Shown here in pieces: positions 41,296 to 54,260 of a stretch of DNA of 64,000 nucleotides. The position numbers and the translations under genes were made by a program. This DNA comes from a virus (Duplodnaviria > Heunggongvirae > Uroviricota > Caudoviricetes): the IMG/VR virus record IMGVR_UViG_3300045988_154477; one strand, 5' to 3'. Each line of letters starts with the position of its first letter. Positions within the stretch are counted from its first letter, which is position 1. Below the pieces are notes generated by a model that saw nothing but the letters and a program-made list of their open reading frames with translations, was not told the origin of the DNA and made no database searches.

Positions 41296-42432
41296 ATGAA
41301 AGCAATGGGGAATGAAGTTTATCAAAGTCAAAAATGCAAGTTGAAATATTCAAAATCTCAAATTGATAGGGCTGCTCAATTGATAAGGCACGGGTGTAGT
41401 GACGAAGAAAGGCAGCAATCTATTGAAATGATACAAAATTTCCGTGAGCTGCATCTTTATCCATTAATGCTCATGAAAAATCATTTAGCAAGAGCAGCTG
41501 CTAAGGTTGACAAGGACAAAAAGATTCTCGTTGCAAGAAGACTTAAGCGACTTTCTACCATAATAGATAAACTAGAGCGTCCTAGTCTTGATGGAGGCAG
41601 AACTAGCAATGCAATTAAATTAACACGGATGCAGGACGTTGGCGGATGTAGGGCCATTGTCAGAAACTTAGACCAGTTGATACAGCTAAAGGAACGTCTT
41701 TTAAAAAGCAAATCTGTTCATAGGATTGTTAAAGAGTATGATTATCTTACTCCCAAAGACAGCGGCTATAGTGGAATCCACCTTGCATACAGTTGCTTCG
41801 ATCAGAAAGAGGATCAATATCCGTGGCGAAAAACAAAGATTGAGATACAGTTAAGAACTCAATTGCAGCATGCTTGGGCTACTAGCCTTGAAATAATTGA
41901 TACCCTTGAAGGTATCAAGCTGAAAACTTCAAGTGAAGGGCATCCAGAATGGAGACGATTTTTCTATCTAGCCGGATGTCTTGTAGCGCACGACGAAAAA
42001 GCCTGCACTCTTGATGAGCTAGTTGTATCTCAGTATGAAGGCGAGCTTAAAGAGCTGGAACGGACTTTATCTGTACGGAGGAAACTAAGCACATACACCA
42101 TCGCCTTAAATTTAACTTCTGACGCGAATTTGATTAAGAAGTTGCCAAAAAATCATAAGGGGCATTACTTAGTAACAATGAGAAATGCAGAAAACAAGCC
42201 CAATACAAAAAACAAAAAAATGTTCCTAGTGTCTGTTCGCGCATTTAAAACAAAAGAAGCAGATGAAGCCCTTGAGGCCTTAAATAAAGACGATTCTAAT
42301 CCTAATGTATTGATATCTGTTCTCGTTGCTACAGATAACATTAAGTCACTAAAAAAAGCCTACCCCAACTATTTTGGCTCAACAAACCAGTTTACAAAAT
42401 TCTTAGATAAGCATCTTCGTAACGAAGGATAG
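41296..42432 (+). CDS. RelA/SpoT-like nucleotidyltransferase (toxSAS) with C-terminal extension: candidate fused toxin-antitoxin antiphage protein (CapRel-like)
   Basis: 378 aa; synthetase-domain motifs DVGGCRAIVRN, DSGYSGIHLAYSC and EIQLRTQLQHAWATSLE; about 130 aa C-terminal extension; single gene in the mat-lxc slot where P1 has res-mod; alternative ATG 41305. Confidence 0.75.
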   Translation: MKAMGNEVYQSQKCKLKYSKSQIDRAAQLIRHGCSDEERQQSIEMIQNFRELHLYPLMLMKNHLARAAAKVDKDKKILVARRLKRLSTIIDKLERPSLDGGRTSNAIKLTRMQDVGGCRAIVRNLDQLIQLKERLLKSKSVHRIVKEYDYLTPKDSGYSGIHLAYSCFDQKEDQYPWRKTKIEIQLRTQLQHAWATSLEIIDTLEGIKLKTSSEGHPEWRRFFYLAGCLVAHDEKACTLDELVVSQYEGELKELERTLSVRRKLSTYTIALNLTSDANLIKKLPKNHKGHYLVTMRNAENKPNTKNKKMFLVSVRAFKTKEADEALEALNKDDSNPNVLISVLVATDNIKSLKKAYPNYFGSTNQFTKFLDKHLRNEG

Positions 42433-42468
42433 TTGCTTAATTTTGCCCGGTAATTCCGGGCAAAATTG

Positions 42469-42717
42469 TCAATCTGCATTCAGGAGCAATGCGTTATCTA
42501 TGATGATCTGCTCCCATTCTTCGAATGCCCGATCGCGGACGCCCTGGGGAACACTGTTAGTTTTGAAATCGACCACCGTCCGCCATTTCCCGTCCGGGCG
42601 GTACATGCGCAGAGCTTTACTTCCCCCTTCCCTGCGCACCTCAACGTTATGCTTATCAGCAAACTCTTGTAATGCTCGTAGCGTCCCATGCTTTACTGTG
42701 TAGTATCGCTTTTTCAA
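42469..42717 (-). CDS. lxc: small modulator protein at P1 lxc/bof position
   Basis: 82 aa; position between defence slot and ulx. Confidence 0.6.
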   Translation of the reverse strand: MKKRYYTVKHGTLRALQEFADKHNVEVRREGGSKALRMYRPDGKWRTVVDFKTNSVPQGVRDRAFEEWEQIIIDNALLLNAD

Positions 42718-43154
42718 GTTTTCTCTCCAGCCTGTGCCAAGGCTTCAACTTCCAAATCGTAAGACTCAAACTCATAGTCCTGGTCGTCAACTTCTTCAGG
42801 CACTGGCAGTAAATGCCAGGCTGAGTATATCTGACCATTATCAAAACGCTCCTGGCTGTAGAGCGTCGCGGCTATGAGTGTTAGCGCCGGGCGGTCATAA
42901 CGGTAAATTTTGCGAACGTCACGGTCAACGAGACGACCGAAATTACCATAACCGCGCTCCAGTAATAATTTTTTAATTTCCGGCCAGTATGGACCATAGC
43001 TGCGGTACAGGCGGGGATTTTTCAGTAATCGCCCGCGTAGCCCTGACAGGAAGAAATCAACGTATTCGTCTTCTGTCTTTCCTAACAACGCTGTACGGAG
43101 TACCGCCTCAAGATATGTTTTATTCGGTTTTATTGTATCAGATAGTGTGGCCAT
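42714..43154 (-). CDS. ulx: hypothetical protein upstream of lxc
   Basis: 146 aa; overlaps lxc start by 4 nt. Confidence 0.55.
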   Translation of the reverse strand: MATLSDTIKPNKTYLEAVLRTALLGKTEDEYVDFFLSGLRGRLLKNPRLYRSYGPYWPEIKKLLLERGYGNFGRLVDRDVRKIYRYDRPALTLIAATLYSQERFDNGQIYSAWHLLPVPEEVDDQDYEFESYDLEVEALAQAGEKT

Positions 43155-43187
43155 ATTATGCGACGCCCGGCGAACCGGGCGCTCCTG

Positions 43188-46100
43188 TTATGCGTATTGT
43201 TGGATGACGGCCAGAACGTCCGCCACGTTGTGTTTTGTCTCGATAATCCACCAGTTACCTGGGAAGTCGCTGTTCTTCGCCTTCGCTGGCAACCAGCGAG
43301 CGCCGAATTTCGCCTTGATTGCGTCTTTCGCACGGAAAAGAACCCCTTTCATGCCGGAGGCTTCCTGAAGCCCAAATACCTCGCCAGCGGCGAATTTTGG
43401 TGCGTACATCATCTTCAGGTCGGCGGTGGATACGCGATAATTCAGACCAAGAGACTGAGCTATGCTGGTGGCATCACCCTGTATTGATGATAACTCTTCT
43501 TGTTTCTCGTTTCTGGCGGCAATTTCTTCCTCCGTGATGTTGCCAAGGGCCAGGTTTATCCGATCAGCGTCTGCCTGTTTCTCTTCATCGGTGCGCCCGG
43601 CAAGTACCGTGTTAATTCTGTGCAATATCTCCACATGATTCTTGCGCATGCTGAGCAATTCCGGCGTAACCTCGTTAAGGTCCACCAGCCCAAGGATGGC
43701 AAGGTCGGTAAACATTGATACCAGGTTGTAGGTCATGCGATAGCTGAGTTGCCCATAGGCTGATGGCAACTGCACCGCATCCATTTGATAGGCATCCATA
43801 AATTTAGAGCCGTCGTTTACGACATCCGCAATTGCCGGTGTGATTTTCCCTGTGGTGGCGGCCTCCCTGATTGCTGTTACCCACGATTGAGTCAGCGCGG
43901 CGACTGCATGATTCAGATTGGCTTTCCGTTCTGCTGCAATGCGCGCGCTTGCTGCGTCCATTGTCTGCTTGATCTCGTCTTTATTGCTGTAAATGCCAAT
44001 GGTGCCAAACTGTGCTGTGGTGATCTCATAATCTGACGCCCGGAACTCATTGGTACCGAAAATGGCATTGGTGACTTCAAGTTCAGAATCCCCGTTACGA
44101 GTAGCCCCCTGGCTTGTTTTTTCCGGCATTCTGGCGATCGCATCCGCTATTTTCTCCTGAATTGCTTCAGGGGATAGCGTATCTCCGTATGACGCGATTA
44201 CATCGCCATAATTGGAGCCAAACAGTTCAACCAGGAATGTTTCTGCCGAACGGATCTGGCGGTTATTCCCTTCCGACATCATACCAAGCACCCATTTTGC
44301 AATTGACGACTTCAGCGCGCCGTCACGGCGATCCGGGTAAACCGCATGCTTCAGTGGGTCCGTATAGGTACCAACAAAATCAATGCTATAGCCTGACTCT
44401 GTAGTCTGAACGCCGTATGAGTCAGTGATTTTGATCATGCCGCGCTGCTGGAAACGGTAGAAATCGTCACAGGAAACGATGTCGTTAATCCCGGCGATGG
44501 AGACGCCACCACTGATTTTCTGCATAACAGCATCTTCATCGGGAGTTACATCAACCTGTTTATCCAGCGTCTTCACATCCCAGTTACCCGATTTGGTGCC
44601 TTTGAAGGTAAAGATGATCTCCACGTCTGCGCGCTGGCTGTCGAAGTCCAGCGACTTAATGCGAACGATATCACCGGCACAATCATAGTATTGGCCTACA
44701 CGCCATGAGCGATCGCCGATAACAAGGAACTCATTCGCATGGTTAACCAGATCAGGATCAACATCCAGAATGCCTTTATTTATTGCATCCTCCACCAGCG
44801 GGCGCAGGCGTTTGATATCCGTCGCGGCCTTCTGAGTACGGTTCAATAATTTCTCATAGCGGGAGATGGCCTGAGAGATATTAGCCTTGCGCTGAATGGC
44901 GCTTTTCAACGACGCGCGATACTGTGCTAACAACATACGGTCTGTGTGATGGACGCTACCCCAGCGGGCTTTCCAGTCTGCGTTATCAGCTGCTTTGGCC
45001 ATTACCGCCTGTTTGAATTTGGCGACGTCGGCGGTGGTCTTTTCAAGTTCCGCTTTGCTTCGCTCCAATTCAGCGGTAAGTACCTCCACATCCTCACCAG
45101 CTGCGTGCTGCGCCTTGATGTAGTTCTGAAGGTCGATAGTAGCCTGTTCTTTCTGGCGAGCGCGTTTCGCAGCTTTCGCCTTATCCATTTGAACCTGCAT
45201 CATTGCCAGACGTTCGCCGTCATCCTTCGCGGTATACATCTGCATTTCGATCATATCGTTGGCGTCGGCGTTCTCCATTTCTGACTTATCTGAACGGAGG
45301 ATATCGGAGATCCAGCCTGCTTTACGCTTCAGCGTCTTCAGTCGGTATTCATCGAAAGACCCCTTGCCGCAGTAGTAGTGAACGCGAACGCTTGCACGGT
45401 TGGAGCCAACTCGGGCACCGCGACCGTTTCGTTGCGCAATACTGGCTGGAGTCCATGGCAACGTCAGATGATGGATGTCAGTCGTTCCTCGATGCAGGTT
45501 GATACCCACCTCTGCCTTTTTGTTGCAGATGATGATCGGAGTCCGGCCCTCCTGGAAGTCGGCTGCAATCTTTTCCAGACCGCCCAACGACATTTCATTT
45601 TGCTGCACGATATAGGCGTCATACAGAGCCATTTGCTCGTTGTATTTCGCTATCTGTGCATCTGTTGGTTCATCCGGTAACTCTTTCGGCGGTTTAACCG
45701 CTTTCAGTTTCTTACCGGTTTTACCTGCCTCGGCAACCGTCTGAGCATTCAGTATCCCCACCTTTGAAGGTTCAAGGTTAAGAGCATTGCAGATAATGCG
45801 CTTGAGCTTCTGGTGCTGCGTTTTTTCATCGGTGAAGATGATTTGCTTACCTTCCGGGAAAAACTCCTTCAGCGTGGCAATCAGCTTCGCGTATTTGGGC
45901 GTAACGGGGTGAGTTACGGTCTGTTCGTCAATGCCAAACCTGGCCAGGCGCTTATTCACTTCCTGCTCGAACGCTTCCGGAACCTGCAACTGAATAAACT
46001 CGCCCTTATCTATCAGGGAGTATTGCGATTGCTGCGTGATTGAATCATCACTGTCGTCGTCTTCGCTGGTGGCTTGTTTAGGCAAACTGTCCGCCAGCTG

Positions 46101-49100
46101 CTGCACCGCATCGGCGTACTCCGGCAGGAAACGATAGGTGATCCGGCGATAGTACAGGTCCATGTCAGTACATACGCGGTCCATATCCCTGATTATTGAG
46201 AAGATCGGACGAGCTTTCTCGTGCTCAATCACGCCGTCTTCATTGACCGAGGTCGTTACGCCATTGTTGGCTTTGGCTGCCGCTTCCGCCTGCTGACGCA
46301 ATTCTTCATACGCCGCCAGTTGTTCTTCAGTAAGTGGTGCATCCTGCTGGTGTTCGTCCAGCTCCGGGATCTCCACGGTATCCTTAACGTCTTCCGCCGT
46401 TTTAAGCGTTACCCAGCGATGGAATATACCGCGCAGCGCATCAAGGTTTTCAAAGCCCACCAGCGCCATTTTTTCTTCAACTTCACCGCTAATTTTCTGT
46501 ACCGTTTCCAGCCTGGTCTTGCCGAAGAATTTAACGAAGTCATCAGGACCGTAGATCCCCATGTTCTGCCAGTATTCCTTCGGCAGAACATGAGAAAGCA
46601 TGTTGTATGCATCGATCGGGGTGTTAACGACTGGCGTTGCAGTCAGGAGAACCGGCCCGCGCCCACCATTCTTTTTCATCAGGTACGCGTTTTTAATTGC
46701 CATATCTCGCGCCGATTGCGCCACCGCGCTGGTGGGCAGATAGGCCAGTTGTGACGCTTCGCGACCATTTTTATAGCTATTGCGGTAGTTGTGACCTTCG
46801 TCAGCGATCACACTATCGAAGCCCATATCCTCAAAGTACGGATACTTCTCTGCTTTTTCGGTACCGGTATCTGAATACTCCGACAATACCCGGCGACGCG
46901 CGGCCTCTTTGCGGTGGGAGTCGGAGTCCATTGCGCTGGCTACGCGTCCGGCGGCAACGAAGTCATAAAGCATATCCTGTGCATGCTCATCTACGGTGTC
47001 ATCACGTAGCGGAATGCGGGCGTATTGTTCTTTGGTAAACACGACTGCACGGTAATTTGAGTGCGGGATCGCGTTCATCCGCGCCGTGATAGTGGCTTCA
47101 TCTGCCAGCTTAAGAGCATCGCGCATAACTGGAGTGCCATCAGTACCAAGAACAGGTTTACCGTTCTCATCGAGCACCTGCACCTGGCGAATCTGATCGC
47201 CATCCATCAGCACATCAAGACCGACGAACAGGTAGTTACTGAATGCCTCTTCACTCAGGAATTCTTTTGCTTCGTAATACCAGTTTTCCAGCACTGATTT
47301 AGGCACTACATACGCAGTACGGGTGGAGCGACCGTTCTCATAGTTGAACGCCTCAAGCGCCAGCGCGGTCGTGGTTTTACCCAGCCCGGTGCCGAAGCCC
47401 AGGATGCCGCGCCCATCTTCGGACAGTCGGCGCACCTCGCTATTCTGGTAATCAAATGGCTGGCGCTTACCGCTTAATCCCTTCAACCCAAGCGGATCGC
47501 CAGAGTGTTCATACGGGATATTGCTATTGAACACATCGTTGTATTTGGCAACCAGCTCATCGTAGCGATCGTGCGTCTTGATCCACTTATTGAACTGGTC
47601 CTCAAGCAGTGCCATCTGCTCGCGGTAGCCGTTCGCCGTCGCGCTATCTTTGCCACCGATACGCGCACCATTGAGATACTTTTCCAGCTGTGCCGGGAAC
47701 CCGGTCGCGTTTTCACCTGATTTACGGTCCCACTCGTAGCGAATCTCACCTGTTTCTTTATCCTTGCGCTGGACGACACCGTATCGGTGCCCGACGAACA
47801 GACCATCACCACCGTGATAGGTGTCAGAAACCATTTCGTCGCCTTCCAGCTGCACTGACTGCACATAGCGCAGATCCGGATAGCCGTTTTCCTGCAAAAA
47901 TTCCAGAATGACGGAACGGTCGAACCAACGGCTATTGAGCTTAAACCGGATATTCTCTGCTGGCGTCTTGATGCGCTTCTCTTCGATAGCTGCCAGCTGA
48001 TTAAGGACGTTGTTCTTTACTGGACCGTCGGGGAGTGTGGCGAGGAATTCCTGTTTTGGAGCCACTATCTCGTTAATGTCGCCGCTGGTGGCGCGGGCGA
48101 ACGGAACAATCCCGCCATACGGTGAAACCGCAATACCAGGGGTGCTGGCCAATAAATTAAGCAACTCTTCATCACTGGCTGGCAGTTCGCCGGTAAACGC
48201 AAGGCGGAAATCATCGAGCTGGATTGGATCGCGGGTGAGATCGCTATAGAGATAACGCAGGGTGTCCTGATAGCTGGTGGAGTCATAACTTGCGCTGGAA
48301 TCATGCGTAACCAGCTTCCCTGTCAGCTCGTCAGAAATAGTGCCATCCAGCTTAATTGCACCACGGAAAGCAAACCAGGCGCGCGCACCGCTCCCCGACA
48401 ATTTCGCTATCGGACCGCGACCGGGGTTACCAAAACGGTCAATCTCTGCCTGCAAACGGGATACCAGAGAAAGGCGCTGCTGTTCGATTTGTTCAGCACT
48501 ATGCCCGGCGGCCTTCATGTCCTGATATTCAATTAACATCCGGCCAATCATCGCCCCGCGATACAAGCGTTCACGGTATTTTTCAGGCTGGCTGTTAATC
48601 CAGTCCACCAGCTGCACCATATCGTCGCTGATTGATGTGGTGTACTTATCGCGGACATTTGCCATCTGGGTAAATGTCATGCCGAGACGGCCTTCTGTTG
48701 TAGTCAGGTTACGCTGAAGAGCCTCCCAGCTATCCGCGCCATAACTGGCAGCATCGATCTTAAGTTCCTTCCCGGCATCAGCTTCAATCCAGCGACCACC
48801 AGCATATTTTTGCCATACGCCATTAATCAGGCGCATTTCCCCTTCACCAACAACGTCTGCGGTCGGTGACGGTTCAGCCATATCGAGCAAAGACCAGTCG
48901 ATACGGCTTTCGAAACGATGAATCAGCTTCGCTTTAAGAGCCTGGTTATCAATCTGACCGTCGGCACGAACCTCAATACGCCCCTGGAAGCCCTTTTCCT
49001 GGGTGCCATGAACAAACCGGCGGCCGTCCTTTTCAAACCACTTGCCAGAAATAAACGTTGGCCAAAGCACATTTGCCGATTCGAGAGTGCTTTCATCCAC

Positions 49101-49955
49101 CAGGGGGATTTTCTCAGCCATCTCTGCCGGATGTTTGCGCATCAGCACCACATCAACAACTGTACTGGTCCCGTTTGCGTCAAAAGTACCGGTAGGCAAG
49201 CGGTGGGCACCAAGAAATTCAGCTTTCCGTGATAGGCGCAGGCGTAACCGCTTCATGTTTGAACCTGAAACAATGGACGGCGGCACAATCACGCACATGA
49301 ATCCGCCTGGCTTTATCTTGTCCAGCATGCGGAGCATGAAGTAAGAACCCATGTCCGTTTCTTCTGCGTAAGGCTTATCGATGTTGCGTGTGTTATCACG
49401 ACCACCGAACGGAACGTTACCCACAACATGGTCGAATGAATCGTTAGGCGTGCTTACAGCCAGTTGTTCGAACGGAGAAATCTGTACGCTGTCTTCCGGG
49501 TGCAACAGCTGGTTTATACGACCGGAAACACTGCTGATCTCAGTCGCGGTCATCACCGTACCAACCGGTTTTGTCTCATTAAAAACGCCGGTTCCCGCCG
49601 ATGGTTCCAGAGTGTTACCTACGTCCGCGCCGTAGAGCTTCATGATCTCCCAGACACCTTCAGCGATCGGCTTTGGTGTGTAATATTCGGAGACGGACCC
49701 GCCAATGCCGCCTTCACCGGTGTACCCAGCCAGGATCTGGCGCTGTTCATCTGTCAGTGTCGCGCCGTCCACCAGCGAATTAAGCAAATCTATCGCCTTC
49801 TGATTCGCCTCACGGCGCAGTCGGTCATAGCTTTTGCCTTCCACCTTTTCCACGCCGTATTTAATCGGCGCTCGGTGAGATGTTATTGCCCTAATGTATT
49901 TCAATATTTCGCTGACACTTGAACAGCGAAACACCCCCATAGATAGCTTGTTCAT
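43188..49955 (-). CDS. darB: DarB antirestriction protein: giant N6-adenine methyltransferase + SF2 helicase
   Basis: 2255 aa; MTase motif I LEPSAGTGVF and catalytic-like GNVPFGG; helicase motif I GFGTGLGKTTTA and motif II ADEGHNY; TAAGGA SD. Confidence 0.9.
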   Translation of the reverse strand: MNKLSMGVFRCSSVSEILKYIRAITSHRAPIKYGVEKVEGKSYDRLRREANQKAIDLLNSLVDGATLTDEQRQILAGYTGEGGIGGSVSEYYTPKPIAEGVWEIMKLYGADVGNTLEPSAGTGVFNETKPVGTVMTATEISSVSGRINQLLHPEDSVQISPFEQLAVSTPNDSFDHVVGNVPFGGRDNTRNIDKPYAEETDMGSYFMLRMLDKIKPGGFMCVIVPPSIVSGSNMKRLRLRLSRKAEFLGAHRLPTGTFDANGTSTVVDVVLMRKHPAEMAEKIPLVDESTLESANVLWPTFISGKWFEKDGRRFVHGTQEKGFQGRIEVRADGQIDNQALKAKLIHRFESRIDWSLLDMAEPSPTADVVGEGEMRLINGVWQKYAGGRWIEADAGKELKIDAASYGADSWEALQRNLTTTEGRLGMTFTQMANVRDKYTTSISDDMVQLVDWINSQPEKYRERLYRGAMIGRMLIEYQDMKAAGHSAEQIEQQRLSLVSRLQAEIDRFGNPGRGPIAKLSGSGARAWFAFRGAIKLDGTISDELTGKLVTHDSSASYDSTSYQDTLRYLYSDLTRDPIQLDDFRLAFTGELPASDEELLNLLASTPGIAVSPYGGIVPFARATSGDINEIVAPKQEFLATLPDGPVKNNVLNQLAAIEEKRIKTPAENIRFKLNSRWFDRSVILEFLQENGYPDLRYVQSVQLEGDEMVSDTYHGGDGLFVGHRYGVVQRKDKETGEIRYEWDRKSGENATGFPAQLEKYLNGARIGGKDSATANGYREQMALLEDQFNKWIKTHDRYDELVAKYNDVFNSNIPYEHSGDPLGLKGLSGKRQPFDYQNSEVRRLSEDGRGILGFGTGLGKTTTALALEAFNYENGRSTRTAYVVPKSVLENWYYEAKEFLSEEAFSNYLFVGLDVLMDGDQIRQVQVLDENGKPVLGTDGTPVMRDALKLADEATITARMNAIPHSNYRAVVFTKEQYARIPLRDDTVDEHAQDMLYDFVAAGRVASAMDSDSHRKEAARRRVLSEYSDTGTEKAEKYPYFEDMGFDSVIADEGHNYRNSYKNGREASQLAYLPTSAVAQSARDMAIKNAYLMKKNGGRGPVLLTATPVVNTPIDAYNMLSHVLPKEYWQNMGIYGPDDFVKFFGKTRLETVQKISGEVEEKMALVGFENLDALRGIFHRWVTLKTAEDVKDTVEIPELDEHQQDAPLTEEQLAAYEELRQQAEAAAKANNGVTTSVNEDGVIEHEKARPIFSIIRDMDRVCTDMDLYYRRITYRFLPEYADAVQQLADSLPKQATSEDDDSDDSITQQSQYSLIDKGEFIQLQVPEAFEQEVNKRLARFGIDEQTVTHPVTPKYAKLIATLKEFFPEGKQIIFTDEKTQHQKLKRIICNALNLEPSKVGILNAQTVAEAGKTGKKLKAVKPPKELPDEPTDAQIAKYNEQMALYDAYIVQQNEMSLGGLEKIAADFQEGRTPIIICNKKAEVGINLHRGTTDIHHLTLPWTPASIAQRNGRGARVGSNRASVRVHYYCGKGSFDEYRLKTLKRKAGWISDILRSDKSEMENADANDMIEMQMYTAKDDGERLAMMQVQMDKAKAAKRARQKEQATIDLQNYIKAQHAAGEDVEVLTAELERSKAELEKTTADVAKFKQAVMAKAADNADWKARWGSVHHTDRMLLAQYRASLKSAIQRKANISQAISRYEKLLNRTQKAATDIKRLRPLVEDAINKGILDVDPDLVNHANEFLVIGDRSWRVGQYYDCAGDIVRIKSLDFDSQRADVEIIFTFKGTKSGNWDVKTLDKQVDVTPDEDAVMQKISGGVSIAGINDIVSCDDFYRFQQRGMIKITDSYGVQTTESGYSIDFVGTYTDPLKHAVYPDRRDGALKSSIAKWVLGMMSEGNNRQIRSAETFLVELFGSNYGDVIASYGDTLSPEAIQEKIADAIARMPEKTSQGATRNGDSELEVTNAIFGTNEFRASDYEITTAQFGTIGIYSNKDEIKQTMDAASARIAAERKANLNHAVAALTQSWVTAIREAATTGKITPAIADVVNDGSKFMDAYQMDAVQLPSAYGQLSYRMTYNLVSMFTDLAILGLVDLNEVTPELLSMRKNHVEILHRINTVLAGRTDEEKQADADRINLALGNITEEEIAARNEKQEELSSIQGDATSIAQSLGLNYRVSTADLKMMYAPKFAAGEVFGLQEASGMKGVLFRAKDAIKAKFGARWLPAKAKNSDFPGNWWIIETKHNVADVLAVIQQYA

Positions 49956-49966
49956 TGGTAATCCTT

Positions 49967-49988
49967 AACAAGTGACTAGTGTTAAATT
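49967..49988 (+). promoter_or_regulatory. candidate late promoter (AACAAGTGA-N7-TAAATT) upstream of prt
   Basis: core shared with lyz and tail-operon sites. Confidence 0.45.
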
Positions 49989-50022
49989 TCCGTTCAAACA
50001 CGATGCGAATTATTCTAATTAA

Positions 50023-52753
<2,731 letters not shown>

Positions 52754-52764
52754 CCACCAAAAAT

Positions 52765-52786
52765 AACCCCGGCAGCTGCCGGGGTT
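52765..52786 (-). terminator. rho-independent terminator for the minus-strand lysis transcript
   Basis: AACCCCGGCAGCTGCCGGGGTT palindrome followed on the minus strand by ATTTTTGG. Confidence 0.6.
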
Positions 52787-52800
52787 CTCGTTAACTATTA

Positions 52801-53052
52801 TCACCTTCGCCTGCGTGCCATATATTTGCGCACCGCGCGGCCTGGACAATCTGAAGCTGTTTCTTTCTGCTGCATCAATCTTGCAGCCATGCTCAAAAAT
52901 GTCAGGCACAGCCGAAGCCCGGCATACAATAGCGGTTCCAGTGGCCACGTCTCATTGAGCACATATACCGCCATGAAAATCGAGTCGAAAACTATCGCCG
53001 CCAGCGATAACTTCATTGTCGAAAGTCGGCGGAGCAGCCTGAGTTTATTCAT
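52801..53052 (-). CDS. small membrane protein downstream of lyz
   Basis: 83 aa; hydrophobic segments; overlaps lyz end by 8 nt. Confidence 0.4.
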   Translation of the reverse strand: MNKLRLLRRLSTMKLSLAAIVFDSIFMAVYVLNETWPLEPLLYAGLRLCLTFLSMAARLMQQKETASDCPGRAVRKYMARRRR

Positions 53053-53602
53053 TGACCAGCCCCGTCAGGCAAAGCTGGCGTTCTTTTTCACGGCGAATCT
53101 TTAAACCTCGCAAGGGCACGCCGTTACTGTTCACGAAATCAGGGAGATGGTTACACATATTCACCCATTCCCCTTTCTGCGCCCACTTGTGGATGGACGT
53201 TTCGACTCGCATGCCTCGCGCTTTGCTGTAGTAGGTCCGTAAACTATTGCATCCCATATTGAATGCCGCGCTTGTCATTGCACTGAAGGCATTATCGGGC
53301 ATGTCTTTGCCCCGGAAGTGCTGATTAATACAGCGTTCAGCGATCAGGATATTCTTTTCCCAATCAGCGGCGATTTGCTGGTCTGTTTTTCGCACACCCG
53401 GCGTTACCCCGTGTGTATTACCGATCCCGTCAGTCCATACCCCTGCCGGGCACATGTATGGATCACGTCGGCAACCTTCAGCGTTTCCGATAAGCTCAAG
53501 CCCCGCCTGGTTGGTTCGCACATTGCCATTACCCATCACGATGGTAATCATCACCGCGATAGCGCAAATTGCACCGCCTCCTGCGGCTGTTTTTCCCTTC
53601 AT
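53045..53602 (-). CDS. lyz: SAR endolysin (T4-lysozyme family)
   Basis: 185 aa MKGKTAAGGGAICAIAVMITIVMG (signal-anchor-release) then E-x(n)-D-x(n)-T catalytic region ELIGNAEGCRRDPY...; GAGG SD. Confidence 0.9.
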   Translation of the reverse strand: MKGKTAAGGGAICAIAVMITIVMGNGNVRTNQAGLELIGNAEGCRRDPYMCPAGVWTDGIGNTHGVTPGVRKTDQQIAADWEKNILIAERCINQHFRGKDMPDNAFSAMTSAAFNMGCNSLRTYYSKARGMRVETSIHKWAQKGEWVNMCNHLPDFVNSNGVPLRGLKIRREKERQLCLTGLVNE

Positions 53603-53689
53603 AAAGACCTCATAAGCGAATTTTTTACGCTCCAGGACAAACACCCATTCACAGCCAATACCGACTGACTCGATCCCTTTAGAAGGCAC

Positions 53690-53711
53690 AGGATAATGCA
53701 AATCACTTGTT
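53690..53711 (-). promoter_or_regulatory. candidate late promoter (AACAAGTGA-N7-TATCCT) upstream of lyz
   Basis: minus-strand TAACAAGTGAtttgcatTATCCT. Confidence 0.45.
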
Positions 53712-53735
53712 AGCTACGTTTCAAAGATATACATT

Positions 53736-53752
53736 ATTGCTCTAATTAATTT
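53736..53752 (+). promoter_or_regulatory. C1 operator (ATTGCTCTAATTAATTT) upstream of ssb
   Basis: 15/17 match. Confidence 0.6.
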
Positions 53753-53771
53753 ATTTTATTAGGTAAGATAA

Positions 53772-54260
53772 GTGGCACAACGCGGTGTAAACAAAGTCAT
53801 CCTGATTGGTACCCTGGGGCAAGACCCGGAGATCAGGTATATACCAAATGGCGGAGCAGTCGGAAGACTCAGCATCGCAACGAATGAATCATGGCGCGAC
53901 AAGCAAACGGGCCAACAGAAAGAGCAAACAGAATGGCATAAAGTCGTTTTGTTCGGAAAACTTGCTGAAATTGCGAGTGAATATTTACGAAAAGGTTCTC
54001 AGGTCTACATCGAAGGGAAACTTAAAACCCGTAAGTGGACAGATGACGCCGGTGTAGAACGTTACACGACGGAAATTATCGTCAGCCAGGGCGGCACCAT
54101 GCAAATGATCGGCGCTCGCCGTGACGATTCACAGTCCTCAAATGGCTGGGGGCAATCAAACCAACCTCAAAACCACCAGCAATACAGTGGTGGCGGTAAA
54201 CCTCAGAGCAACGCCAATAACGAACCTCCAATGGACTTTGACGACGATATTCCGTTCTGA
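53772..54260 (+). CDS. ssb: single-stranded DNA-binding protein
   Basis: 162 aa; OB-fold N-terminus ([18 protein letters not shown]), Gly/Gln-rich linker, acidic tip DFDDDIPF. Confidence 0.9.
   Translation: MAQRGVNKVILIGTLGQDPEIRYIPNGGAVGRLSIATNESWRDKQTGQQKEQTEWHKVVLFGKLAEIASEYLRKGSQVYIEGKLKTRKWTDDAGVERYTTEIIVSQGGTMQMIGARRDDSQSSNGWGQSNQPQNHQQYSGGGKPQSNANNEPPMDFDDDIPF

Noticed and set aside
43319-49922. About 25 ORFs of 60-180 aa on the plus strand inside darB
   Set aside because: All antisense to a continuous 2255-aa ORF with clear domain motifs.
53603-53701. N-terminal 33-codon extension of the lyz ORF
   Set aside because: The SAR endolysin begins at MKGKTAAGG with a GAGG SD; the extension would cover the upstream promoter motif.
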